Assembly: GCA_029242715.1 (NCBI GenBank)
Contig: JAQWTL010000002.1
Location: 7,445-71,444 of the forward strand
Source: Phycisphaerales bacterium
GTDB taxonomy: Bacteria > Planctomycetota > Phycisphaerae > Phycisphaerales > SM1A02
Direction: 5' to 3'
DNA: 64,000 bases
This document shows positions 17,441 to 27,210 of the stretch, in pieces; position 1 is the stretch's first letter, and every line of letters starts with the position of its first letter. The notes beneath the pieces were generated by a model that saw nothing but the letters and a program-made list of their open reading frames with translations, did not search any database and was not told the origin of the DNA. Made by a program: the position numbers and the translations under genes.

Positions 17441-20400
17441 ATGATGACCGGCATGATTCATCTTGTGGTAGCAATTGGACAGTTCAGCGGTACCACCGGT
17501 GATCCAGCCGTCAAATATGGTCGGGATATCCGACCGATCCTCTCGGACCGATGCTTCCTGTGTCATGGTCCAGATGAAGCAGCACGTCAGGCCAAACTTC
17601 GACTCGACAGCTTTGAATACGCAACCGCTTCACGTCGGGGCGGACAGGCCATTACCCCCGGAAATCCAGAAGCATCGATGCTCTGGCAGCGAATCACAAC
17701 GAAGGACCCTGATGACCTGATGCCCCCTCCTGGAAGCGGGAAGCACCAACTCGATGAGACTCAGACTGAACTGATCAGGCAATGGATCATGAATGGAGCC
17801 CAGTACGAGAATCACTGGGCCTTTGAACCACTGATCAAACCTGGAGTACCTACCAGTGACGGTGACAACTGGTCACGCAACGAAATTGACCCGTTCATAT
17901 TGGAACGACTCAGAACAAATGGACTCAAACAGAATCCAGAAGCAGATCGTGCCACGCTTGCCAGACGAGTCTTTCTCGACCTGACCGGCCTGCCCCCCAC
18001 TCCAGAAGAACTCGAAGCCTTTCTCTCGGATGAAAGGCCAGATGCCTACGAACGACTTATTGACATGATCTTCACCGAGGATCCATATCGAAGCAGATAC
18101 GCCGAACGCATGGCTACACCCTGGCTTGACTTGTCACGATATGGAGACACTTCCGGCATTCATATGGATGCCGGGCGTTCGATCTGGCCCTGGCGGGACT
18201 GGGTCCTTCAGGCCTATCTGGACAACCAGCCATTCGATCAATTCGTGATCGATCAACTGGCAGGCGACCTCGTAGACAATCCCAGTCAGGATCAGGTGAT
18301 TGCCAGCGGTTTCAATCGCAACCATGTCACGAGTGATGAAGGTGGTGCCATCAACGAAGAGTATCTGCTCATGTATGCAGTAGATCGCACCAATACACTC
18401 GGAACGGTGTTCCTCGGCTTGACTGTGGGCTGCGCTCAGTGCCATGACCACAAGTTCGATCCCATTTCAACCGAGGAGTACTACGGGCTGCTGTCCTTCT
18501 TCAACAACAACGAGGAACCCGGCGTCTACAGTCAGATTCCTGACGCCTACCGTGCCATGGAACCGGCCTACGAGATTCTGCGCCCCGAAGATCGCCAGAA
18601 GATGGAAGAACTTGAGGCATATCTCGCCACGGTGATCGAGGAACGCGACACACCGACACCTGGAGAAGCGGATGGAATTGCCAGGTTTGAAAAGGATCTG
18701 CATGACAACGGGAACTGGTCATGGAACACTGCCCGGATCGGCCATACAAGCAGCAGCCATGGTTCAATCCTGAAGATTCAACCAGACGGCTCACTGCTGG
18801 CTACAGGCAATACACCTGATATCGATGACTACACGGTGACTCTCTCGACCAATGCAACGGGCATGAGAGCCATCATGGTTGAAGTCATGCAGGATGACTC
18901 GCTTCCCGATGGTCGCATTGGGCGAGCCCCGAATGGCAATGCCATCATGAGCGGGATCTCCGCAGAGGTCGTTTCACACCTTGATCCAGAGCTCAAGCAA
19001 CCTCTGAACATCACATGGGCATGGGCGGATGTCGAACAACCAAACTCCGACTTCAAGGTGACCAATGCTCTGCGAGCCGACAATGGACGCGTCTGGGCCA
19101 TGGGCGGACATGAAAAACCTGGCGGACGCGTTGCCATATTCACGACTGCGGAACCATTTGGCTTTGAAGGCGGCAGCGATGTCATCGTGACGCTCAACTT
19201 CCATTCCATCTATGCGAAACATGCTCCGGGCCGTGTTCGATTGAAACTCGGCCAACCACATGCTGATGCACTTGACCAACTTCCAACTGCCAGAACCAAC
19301 TGGTACATCGTTGGCCCCTATACATCTGGATCCAGCGACGAGCACTATGACACGGCCTATGGCCCTGAGGAAACCGGCCCACTTCGTTTCGATAAGAAAT
19401 ACCACAGGCAGTCGTGGCGATATGCACCTGGTGTCAAGGAAGCAGAAAATGTGCGACTCGCAGCAGGCAAGGGCGCCGAGTATCTCGGATGCGAGATCTA
19501 TTCACCCAACACCAGGAACATGAACATTTCTCTTGGCAGTGATGATGGCCTCATGGTCTATCACGACGGAGCGCTCGTTCTGGAAAGGCGTGTCAATCGA
19601 AGTGTCGGCCCGGATCAGGATCAACTGGCCCTTGAATTGCATCCTGGTCGAAACACACTCGTATGCAAGGTCATCAATACCGGTGGAGAAGGCGGCATCT
19701 ATCACCGCGAGATCATTGAAGAATCAAGGCTCCCTGAAGATGCCGTAGCCTTCCTCCTGCCGGGCGATGCGGTTTCAGATGCAACAAGAACACTCGCAGA
19801 AGCTGCCTGGCGACGCACATACTCCACTGGATACCTCGAAGCTGAAGCACGAGTTCAGGAGACCCGGTCCGAACTGGACAACATGAAAGCAGGCGTACCC
19901 AAAACCATGATCATGAAGGAACGAGCCGAAGCTCGCCCCACATACGTCATGATGCGCGGCGCCTATGACCAGCCGGATCTGAACAGGCCCGTCACCAGGA
20001 CGGTCCCGTCCATTCTGGGTTCCCTGGAAGCAGTTGACACCCCCGACCGGGAAGATCTTGCTCGCTGGCTTGTTGGTGATGAGAACCCGATCACTGCTCG
20101 TGTCACAGTCAACCGTACTTGGGAAATGCTCTATGGCCAGGGACTGGTCGAAACGGTTGAAGACTTCGGTTACCAGGGAACCTGGCCTACACACCCAGAA
20201 CTTCTGGACTGGCTTGCTGCTGATTTTCGTGACAACGGATGGGATGTACAGAATCTGCTTCGTACAATCATGCTCAGTGCCACCTACCGCCAGGATTCAA
20301 GGTTCAATCCGATCAATTCAGGCGATCCCGAAAACAAGCTGTATCACCACTATCCAAGGCAGAGACTGACCGCTGAGCAGATCCGGGACCAGGCCCTCTA

Positions 20401-20989
20401 CGTATCCGGCCTGTTGATCGAGAAGACTGGTGGACCCAGCGTCAAACCCTACCAGCCGGAGGGACTGTGGCAGGAAGTCGCCATGCAACAGTCCAATACA
20501 AGAACATTTGAGCAGGGAATGGGCGATGACCTGTGGCGACGCAGCCTCTATACCTATTGGAAAAGAGCTGCTCCCCCTCCCTCAATGATGGCATTGGATG
20601 CACCAACACGGGAGTACTGCTCGCCCAGGCGAATCACGACCAATACCCCACTACAGGCACTGGTGCTCTGGAATGATCCACAGTTTGTTGAAGCTGCACG
20701 ATCCACAGCAGAGCGGATCATGCATGATGGGGACACTGATGATGAGAGGATTGAGCTGCTTTTCCAGCGATGTACCGGACAGCCGCCAAGCCCGGATATC
20801 ACAGTTGCTGTCCAGGAAATCCTCAAGGAGTACCGGGCCAGATTCGAGGTAGACTCGGAGGGAGCTCTCCAGTTGATCTCTGTTGGCCAATCACCAAGAT
20901 CCGACGATCTTCCGCCAGCGGAACTCGCTGCCTGGACCATGCTTGCCAACGCCGTGCTCTCAAGTGATGCAGCGATCGTAAAGGACTGA
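17441..20989 (+). CDS. PSCyt1 / DUF1549 (PSCyt2) / DUF1553 (PSD1) domain protein
   Basis: N-terminal planctomycete cytochrome-c-like motif: IRPILSDRCFLCHGPDEAARQAKLRLD. DUF1549-like segments: IDPFILERL...GL...ADRATLARRVFLDLTGLPPTPEELEAF and WRDWVLQA. Also CAQCHDHKFDPIS. DUF1553-like C-terminal part: TRVTVNRTWEMLYGQGLV..., ...LDAPTREYCSPRRITTNTPLQAL. The track start 17381 is a GTG; ATG 17441 is preferred but uncertain. Confidence 0.85.
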   Translation: MMTGMIHLVVAIGQFSGTTGDPAVKYGRDIRPILSDRCFLCHGPDEAARQAKLRLDSFEYATASRRGGQAITPGNPEASMLWQRITTKDPDDLMPPPGSGKHQLDETQTELIRQWIMNGAQYENHWAFEPLIKPGVPTSDGDNWSRNEIDPFILERLRTNGLKQNPEADRATLARRVFLDLTGLPPTPEELEAFLSDERPDAYERLIDMIFTEDPYRSRYAERMATPWLDLSRYGDTSGIHMDAGRSIWPWRDWVLQAYLDNQPFDQFVIDQLAGDLVDNPSQDQVIASGFNRNHVTSDEGGAINEEYLLMYAVDRTNTLGTVFLGLTVGCAQCHDHKFDPISTEEYYGLLSFFNNNEEPGVYSQIPDAYRAMEPAYEILRPEDRQKMEELEAYLATVIEERDTPTPGEADGIARFEKDLHDNGNWSWNTARIGHTSSSHGSILKIQPDGSLLATGNTPDIDDYTVTLSTNATGMRAIMVEVMQDDSLPDGRIGRAPNGNAIMSGISAEVVSHLDPELKQPLNITWAWADVEQPNSDFKVTNALRADNGRVWAMGGHEKPGGRVAIFTTAEPFGFEGGSDVIVTLNFHSIYAKHAPGRVRLKLGQPHADALDQLPTARTNWYIVGPYTSGSSDEHYDTAYGPEETGPLRFDKKYHRQSWRYAPGVKEAENVRLAAGKGAEYLGCEIYSPNTRNMNISLGSDDGLMVYHDGALVLERRVNRSVGPDQDQLALELHPGRNTLVCKVINTGGEGGIYHREIIEESRLPEDAVAFLLPGDAVSDATRTLAEAAWRRTYSTGYLEAEARVQETRSELDNMKAGVPKTMIMKERAEARPTYVMMRGAYDQPDLNRPVTRTVPSILGSLEAVDTPDREDLARWLVGDENPITARVTVNRTWEMLYGQGLVETVEDFGYQGTWPTHPELLDWLAADFRDNGWDVQNLLRTIMLSATYRQDSRFNPINSGDPENKLYHHYPRQRLTAEQIRDQALYVSGLLIEKTGGPSVKPYQPEGLWQEVAMQQSNTRTFEQGMGDDLWRRSLYTYWKRAAPPPSMMALDAPTREYCSPRRITTNTPLQALVLWNDPQFVEAARSTAERIMHDGDTDDERIELLFQRCTGQPPSPDITVAVQEILKEYRARFEVDSEGALQLISVGQSPRSDDLPPAELAAWTMLANAVLSSDAAIVKD

Positions 20990-22498
20990 ATGATGGCTCG
21001 ACGCCCATTTACAGACAAGCCGGCTGACCCACTGGAAGAATTTCTCTGCAATCTCACGCGTCGCCGTTTCTTCGGATCAATGGCGTCGACGATGGGTGCC
21101 GGCCTGGGATTGACCGCCTTGTCTTCACTCATGGGTGATGCCGCCCAGGCTGCAATCACCACAACCGACGGTGCACGGCAGATTCTCTCCAATCTGCCCC
21201 ACTACGCTCCGAAGGCGAAGCGGGTGATCTACATGCACATGGAAGGTGCCCCAAGCCAACTGGACTTGTTCGATTACAAACCGGTCCTCAGAGAACGGTT
21301 TGATGAAGATCTTCCTGAATCCATCAGGAATGGCCAGCGCATCACGACAATGACCAGTGGCCAGGAGAGATTTCCTGTTGCCCCAACTATGTTCAAATTC
21401 CAGCGGCATGAGAACAACGAGGGTGGCATCATGCTCTCCGAGTTGCTGCCCCATACCGGCGCCATCGCCCATGAACTTTGCTTCATCCACTCGATGCACA
21501 CTCCGTCGATCAACCACGAACCTGGAATCACATTTTTCCAGACAGGCCATGAACAGCCGGGCAGGCCCTGCTTCGGATCATGGATGAGTTATGGCCTGGG
21601 AAGTGAAAGCAAGGACCTTCCCGCCTTCGTGGTCATGATCACCCAGGGCTATGGAAACATGCAGGCATTGAGCGCCCGATTCTGGGGCAGTGGCTTCCTG
21701 CCCAGTGAGCATCAGGGCTGCAAATTGAGAGCCGGCGATGATTCCGTGCTGTATCTCCAGGACCCCGATGGGGTCTCACGTGAAGATCGCCGAAGAATGC
21801 TGGATCTTGCATCGAAGATCAATGAAGAAGAATACGAGAAGAGCCTGGATCCTGAGATCACGGCTCGGATTGCCCAGTACGAGATGGCCTACCGCATGCA
21901 GATGTCCGTACCTGAACTTACTGATATCTCGAAGGAACGACCAGAAACTCTCGAGATGTATGGAGAGGACGTCAAGACTCCTGGAACATTTGCCGCCAAT
22001 TGCCTCCGCGCAAGACGACTGTCCGAACGAGGAGTCCGGTTCATCCAGTTGTACATGCGAGGCTGGGATCAGCACGGAAACCTCCCGGGTGAGATTCGGG
22101 CACAGTGCAAGGCCGTGGACCAGGCACAGGCCGCGCTTATCCAGGATCTGCGGCAACGTGGAATGCTTGATGAAACACTTGTCCTCTGGGCGGGAGAATT
22201 CGGACGCACGGTGTATTGCCAAGGCCCTCTCTCTGAGACCAACTACGGACGTGACCACCACCCTCGCTGCTTCTCCATCTGGCTGGCAGGCGGTGGCGTC
22301 AAGCCAGGAATCAGCTATGGCAAGACAGACGACTACTCCTACAACGTCATCGACAAGCCTGTTGCAGTGCATGATCTGCATGCAACCATGCAACATCTGC
22401 TTGGCCTGGACCACACTCGCAATACGTATCGTCACCAGGGGCGGGACTACCGGCTCACCGATGTGCACGGAAAAGTAATCACGGATCTTCTGGTCTGA
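20990..22498 (+). CDS. DUF1501 domain protein (sulfatase-fold, Tat signal)
   Basis: Twin-arginine signal: LTRRRFFGSMASTMGAGLGLTAL. DUF1501-like blocks: RVIYMHMEGAPSQLDLFDYKP, WDQHGNL, LVLWAGEFGRT, GRDHHP. The ATG immediately follows the upstream TGA (20987-20989). Confidence 0.85.
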   Translation: MMARRPFTDKPADPLEEFLCNLTRRRFFGSMASTMGAGLGLTALSSLMGDAAQAAITTTDGARQILSNLPHYAPKAKRVIYMHMEGAPSQLDLFDYKPVLRERFDEDLPESIRNGQRITTMTSGQERFPVAPTMFKFQRHENNEGGIMLSELLPHTGAIAHELCFIHSMHTPSINHEPGITFFQTGHEQPGRPCFGSWMSYGLGSESKDLPAFVVMITQGYGNMQALSARFWGSGFLPSEHQGCKLRAGDDSVLYLQDPDGVSREDRRRMLDLASKINEEEYEKSLDPEITARIAQYEMAYRMQMSVPELTDISKERPETLEMYGEDVKTPGTFAANCLRARRLSERGVRFIQLYMRGWDQHGNLPGEIRAQCKAVDQAQAALIQDLRQRGMLDETLVLWAGEFGRTVYCQGPLSETNYGRDHHPRCFSIWLAGGGVKPGISYGKTDDYSYNVIDKPVAVHDLHATMQHLLGLDHTRNTYRHQGRDYRLTDVHGKVITDLLV

Positions 22499-23630
22499 CC
22501 GCTTGAACTGGCCGCTCAACAGTGATGAGTTGCTCGTCCTTTTCGACAAGGATGGTCACGGGATCCGTCCCCTCAACATCAATCTGAATACGAACTCCGA
22601 TTGGCAGGACGAATTCCAGATGATCATTGGCATCGAACCGATCATCCCGGGAAACTCCCTTGTGGCCCTGTCCTCCTGGAACACCCAGCACCGTTACAGG
22701 AATGGACTCACGACGTCCTTTATCATCGATGACACGCACCCGTATCCGAGCCATGCCCTCAGGAAGACGTTGTTTGCCGGCCTTGTACCGCTGAGTCACA
22801 TCAACGGCACGAACAGTCGTATCACCTGATTTCCATGGCAAGGGAAATGTAAGAGGAACCTTCCGCCACGTTACCGCCAGGATTGCTTTCTGAGCATCAC
22901 CTTCTATGGCGCCCTCAGCTCGCCCCTGAAACCATGCCTTGTCCAGTTCCATCCCAACAGGTTCAGCAGCGCCCGTAAAATGCCACTTGCCATCATCATA
23001 GATTTCCACCCAGGAATGATTACCACTTCCATCTGACCAAAGTGGCGTCCCCACGAATCTTGCAGGGACACCGACACTGCGACAGGCGTCTACAAGCAAT
23101 ACGCTGAGACCTGTGCAGGAAGCCATTCCTGCATCAATGGATTCCAATGGAGACTGATCCGGCTTGGGACGCTCGGTTGAGTACTTAACACCAAGCATTG
23201 GAAAAACACGATTGTTCAGAATGGCTGCTGCTTCCGATGGCGTCTGCGCTTTCGCTACCAGTTCTGAAAACTGGTCATGAAAAGAACTTCTCCATTCATC
23301 CCTGCGTTCATTGATTGTTGCATATGGGAGAATCGCATCAAAGAAGATGTCCTCTGGAACCCCATCACTCCATGGTGCCGCTTTCCAGGACTCATAGGCG
23401 CCATTGACATTTTCAAGAAGAAAATCAGAAGTCAATTCATGTCGATCCGCTTCCGGCATGTGCTTGATCAACCAGATCATTCCTGGTCGATGCTCTACCG
23501 AAACCTGATTCAGTGCCGCTTCAAGTTGCGAACGGTTCGCACCTGCAGAAACCAATGCGGAATCCAGTTGCGGATCCGTCTTGGTCAACTGAATACCTGA
23601 CGTCAAAACCATGCAAAGCAGCAGCATCAT
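22479..23630 (-). CDS. transglutaminase-like cysteine protease-fold protein
   Basis: Core MASCTGLSVLLVDACRSVGVPARFVGTPLW...GNHSWVEIYDDGKWHFTGAAEP carries the Cys...His...Asp transglutaminase-like signature. N-terminal signal/anchor present. Its 3' end overlaps the convergent DUF1501 gene by 20 nt. Confidence 0.7.
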   Translation of the reverse strand: MMLLLCMVLTSGIQLTKTDPQLDSALVSAGANRSQLEAALNQVSVEHRPGMIWLIKHMPEADRHELTSDFLLENVNGAYESWKAAPWSDGVPEDIFFDAILPYATINERRDEWRSSFHDQFSELVAKAQTPSEAAAILNNRVFPMLGVKYSTERPKPDQSPLESIDAGMASCTGLSVLLVDACRSVGVPARFVGTPLWSDGSGNHSWVEIYDDGKWHFTGAAEPVGMELDKAWFQGRAEGAIEGDAQKAILAVTWRKVPLTFPLPWKSGDTTVRAVDVTQRYKAGKQRLPEGMARIRVRVIDDKGRRESIPVTVLGVPGGQGHKGVSRDDRFDANDHLEFVLPIGVRIQIDVEGTDPVTILVEKDEQLITVERPVQAVRPEDP

Positions 23631-24247
23631 GGATGCGAGTGTACTGCTCCAAATCGCACTAGCGACAGGGAATGGCTCCTTTCGTGAGCCCCAAAGGCCT
23701 GCATATGCCTTCCATTGATTCTGCGTCTCAATCGATCACGCATTCAAACCTTGCCCATAATGCACTCAGAGCAACTCCAACATGTCTTTTCAGCTTGTGC
23801 GGGCATGCTCCACATTTAACTTTTTTCAGTTGTCTCGAATATGGAACCACCAGGACGAAATCCACGGAGATAAGAACGAATCAATTGGCCTCCCCAACAA
23901 CCGAGGGCAATCCTGATTCTCTTCCAATCGAGTTGTCTCGAACACCAACCGAAGAAAACCACACCTCGCCCTTGATTGCCGAGGCAAACTCTCCCACGAA
24001 TGGAGCTTTCTAATCCACACACACCTGTGCACATCCGGCGGGCAGTAGAGCCTTCAGGGCCACGGTCTCTTTTCTCCTCCCCTCTCTGGTTTCATGGACC
24101 CGGCTCCCCCGTCGCATGTGCACTTTTTTTCCGTCGTACCAATACATGAGTCAGCAATCAACTCAAGTATCCATGTATTCCATTCAAGAAGGATCACAAC
24201 GACCAACTTCTTAACAGCGTCCCAGGGAAGCGAGAGATTGCAATCAA

Positions 24248-24919
24248 ATGAAGACCCTAAAACACACCGCCCTTCTTCTGATTGGCATGCAAAATGATTA
24301 CTTCAGCAAACGAAGTCCCTTGGCGAAGGACTTCGAAGATCCAAGCCGCATACAGAAAATAAAACGGCGCATTCTGTGGATCATCAGCCATGCATCGCGC
24401 AGCAACATTTTCATTGCCAACCTGCCGATTCTGTTTCAGACAGGTCACCCTGAAATAGCCCGGGAACTCGGAATACTCGCTTCAATCAAGAAGCACAATC
24501 TCTTTCAGAAAGGAACATCCGGATCCGGAGTCATTCCTGAACTGGGCCCCTGGCAGAAATACATGACCACAATGCCAGGTCAAACTGGCTTCAATGCATT
24601 TGTGGACACCGGACTCCATGAGCACCTGAGCAGGACCCGGACGAGACAACTTGTTCTGGCGGGCTCGTCCACCGCAACCTGCATTGATTCAACCGCTCGA
24701 TCCGCCTACGAGCTTGGTTACGAAGTCATTATCCTGGATGACTGCACAGTTGGCAGAACAATCGATGAGCAGGATTTGTACTGCCAAAGCATATTTCCAC
24801 TTTACTCAACAGTGATTAATTCCAAAATTCTGCTTGCAGCCCTCGCCAATGAAAACCAAGTAATAGCTGGCCATGACATGGTCAAACACTCACCTGGCAT
24901 TACAGCGATAGCTTGCTAA
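24248..24919 (+). CDS. isochorismatase-family (cysteine hydrolase) protein, paralogue 1
   Basis: ALLLIGMQNDYF (Asp motif) and LVLAGSSTATCIDSTARSAYELGYEVIILDDC (Cys motif). Confidence 0.75.
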   Translation: MKTLKHTALLLIGMQNDYFSKRSPLAKDFEDPSRIQKIKRRILWIISHASRSNIFIANLPILFQTGHPEIARELGILASIKKHNLFQKGTSGSGVIPELGPWQKYMTTMPGQTGFNAFVDTGLHEHLSRTRTRQLVLAGSSTATCIDSTARSAYELGYEVIILDDCTVGRTIDEQDLYCQSIFPLYSTVINSKILLAALANENQVIAGHDMVKHSPGITAIAC

Positions 24920-25083
24920 TGAGATATTCCAGAAGCACTTTCTCCAACCCTATCCCCCGCCAACGCAAAGTTCCCGCTTGGCACCCTGCCTTTCCTAGTA
25001 AATCACTGGAAAGAAGACCTTCTGGATTACCGAATAGAGACGAGTTGGGATATCATCAAACCTGCAAAGGGGGCAACTATCCC

Positions 25084-25719
25084 ATGAGCCAGCTAAGCAA
25101 TACCGCCATACTCCTCATCGGCCTTCAGAACGACCATTTCGGGCCGAATTGTGCTCTCCGCAGCTCAATTGAATCGCCAGAACGAATTGATTTGGTCAAG
25201 AGCAACATCCTGTCTTTCATTCAATCTCTGCTTGAAACAGATGTGTCCATCGTGAACCTGCCGATTCTCTTTCGGGAAGGTCATCCTGAAATCACTCAGG
25301 AAATCGGAATCCTCGCAGCAATCAAGCAGAATGGACTGTTCGTAGAGGGAACCACTGGCGGCTGCGTCATTGAAGAACTTCTACCTTTAGAGAATGAAAT
25401 GATGACGTTGCCAGGCCGTACTGGTTTCAACACATTCGTTGACACACAACTCAATGAGTATCTGACCGAGAATAATATTCGTCAGATACTTCTTGCGGGT
25501 GCCTCAACAGCCGTTTGCATCGACTCTACTGCTCGATCTGGCTATGAACTGGGATTTGATGTGGTTGTTCTTAAAGATTGCACGATCTCAAGAACACCTG
25601 CTGAACAGGACATGTATTGCCAGTCGATTTTTCCGATCTATGCCTCCGTTACAAACTCAGGCGAATGGCTACAAAGCCATGGAATCAAATCGACGACAGG
25701 ATCAACGGAGCATGCCTGA
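25084..25719 (+). CDS. isochorismatase-family (cysteine hydrolase) protein, paralogue 2
   Basis: Internal ATG of track ORF 24913..25719, giving MSQLSNTAILLIGLQNDHF. Also ILLAGASTAVCIDSTARSGYELGFDVVVLKDC. It aligns along its whole length with the upstream paralogue. Confidence 0.75.
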   Translation: MSQLSNTAILLIGLQNDHFGPNCALRSSIESPERIDLVKSNILSFIQSLLETDVSIVNLPILFREGHPEITQEIGILAAIKQNGLFVEGTTGGCVIEELLPLENEMMTLPGRTGFNTFVDTQLNEYLTENNIRQILLAGASTAVCIDSTARSGYELGFDVVVLKDCTISRTPAEQDMYCQSIFPIYASVTNSGEWLQSHGIKSTTGSTEHA

Positions 25720-27203
25720 TGGGAGAGGATTCAGCTCGCACCTACCAGCCATGGAGTTCAGGAGAGGCTCCGCATCTTCGACTGGCCAGCACGCGTCAAG
25801 TTGCCAATTCTGAAACGCACCCTACCCAGACACTTCGATATGAACCCCCTGAAGTGTCGGAAATGCTTGATCGCATTTCCCGTGACAGCCAGGATACAAC
25901 CCCGCTTCGCGAAATCGGAATTGGTATTGATCCAAACCAGACAGAAGATGGATCTGATTTCGTTGTCCTGCATGAAATCGGCAGAGGCGGAGTTGGTGTT
26001 GTCAGCGCGGCTGAACAGATCAGCCTTGGCCGCTCAGTCGCACTCAAGCAACTACGGTCCGATCGTGACACTGGGACTGCCAGAACGCTGCTGATTGAAG
26101 AAGCCAAGGTACAAGCCCGCCTGGTACACCCCGTCATTCCGCCTGTACATCTCATCGGGCAGGGCAACGATGGCAAACCGGTCCTCGTCATGCAATTGGT
26201 GCGAGGCGAATGCTGGAGCGATCGACTGGTCACTGATGCCAAGAAGCTCGATTCCGGGTTCGAATCAACCTTGCTTGAACATCTTGAAATACTCATCAGA
26301 ATCTGCGAAGCCATCGCGTATTCCCATGGCCAAAGCGTCATTCACCGTGATATCAAGCCCGGGAACGTCATGCTTGGTCGCTATGGTGAGGTCTACCTTG
26401 TTGACTGGGGGCTCGCTGAAGAGATTGACAGCACTGGCAAGGTCTCGACCCGAGGCTTCACGGGAACTCCCGCCTATGCAGCTCCCGAGATGATTGAACG
26501 TGATGGCGCACTGACGACAAGGACTGACATCTACCTTCTTGGAAGCGTCTTGTGTGAAATTCTGACCGGCTACCCACCGCATCGAGGGGATTCCATCAAA
26601 GAAGTGTTCCTCAACATCAGCAAGGGAACAAACGTGACTTTCCCAAGCTGGGTACCAGCCCCCCTGGCGGCACTCTGTAGAAGAGCGATCGATCCTGAGC
26701 CTTCCATGCGATTTGAAACGGCCGAAGATTTGATCACTGCCATTCGTGAGTACATAGAACATCACCAAGCAATCGGAATGCTGGATCGTGTACGTGAACA
26801 TGTCATCAGACTGGATCAAATGGTCAAGGATGGGGCTGATGTCGAAGTTATCGACGACCTTGGCCAGACATGCCGTGCGATGCTGGAAGCCCTGAGAGTC
26901 AGCATGCCAGAATCAGAGGAAATCAATGTTCTGCACCGCCGATGCAGCATCCTCATGATCAACCGCATGATTGAGGCCAACAACCCTGGTGCAGCACGCA
27001 TCATGCTGGAATCAATTTCTCCTGGGCCTGAAACCGACAATCTCAAGGTACAGATAACGGCCTTGACCGCTCGCCTTCTTGCCAAGCCAACTCACATGGC
27101 CACCAATGTTCAGTTGATGTTGACTGAACAACTGGTTGAAGCAAGACGTCGCATAGCTCACCTCGAAAAGAAGGCTGATCAGGGATCTTCTGAAGAAGCT
27201 TGA
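25719..27203 (+). CDS. Ser/Thr protein kinase with uncharacterised helical C-terminal region
   Basis: Hanks kinase motifs: IGRGGVGVV, VALKQL, HRDIKPGNVML, LVDWGLAEE, GTPAYAAPE. The start ATG overlaps the upstream stop in TGATG (25717-25721). Confidence 0.85.
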   Translation: MGEDSARTYQPWSSGEAPHLRLASTRQVANSETHPTQTLRYEPPEVSEMLDRISRDSQDTTPLREIGIGIDPNQTEDGSDFVVLHEIGRGGVGVVSAAEQISLGRSVALKQLRSDRDTGTARTLLIEEAKVQARLVHPVIPPVHLIGQGNDGKPVLVMQLVRGECWSDRLVTDAKKLDSGFESTLLEHLEILIRICEAIAYSHGQSVIHRDIKPGNVMLGRYGEVYLVDWGLAEEIDSTGKVSTRGFTGTPAYAAPEMIERDGALTTRTDIYLLGSVLCEILTGYPPHRGDSIKEVFLNISKGTNVTFPSWVPAPLAALCRRAIDPEPSMRFETAEDLITAIREYIEHHQAIGMLDRVREHVIRLDQMVKDGADVEVIDDLGQTCRAMLEALRVSMPESEEINVLHRRCSILMINRMIEANNPGAARIMLESISPGPETDNLKVQITALTARLLAKPTHMATNVQLMLTEQLVEARRRIAHLEKKADQGSSEEA

Positions 27204-27210
27204 TCATTCC

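Noticed and set aside
17441-22498. PSCyt1/DUF1549/DUF1553 giant plus DUF1501 pair, considered as a novel system
   Set aside because: It is a very common, repeatedly noted gene pair in Planctomycetota and Verrucomicrobiota. Its function is unknown but the pair is not undescribed. It is useful mainly as a taxonomic marker here.
23672-24013. 113-aa ORF, and the antisense ORFs 23816..24034, within the long intergenic region
   Set aside because: No RBS, and the translation is low-complexity (Ser/Thr/Pro/His-rich) with no family motif. The overlapping ORFs on both strands suggest chance open frames in non-coding DNA.
26258-26275. tRNA T-arm-like string GGGTTCGAATCAACC (also GGTTCGAACC near 43306)
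   Set aside because: Both lie inside well-supported CDSs (kinase, MsrB). Neither has a flanking acceptor or anticodon stem complementarity. No tRNA or rRNA was found in the window.
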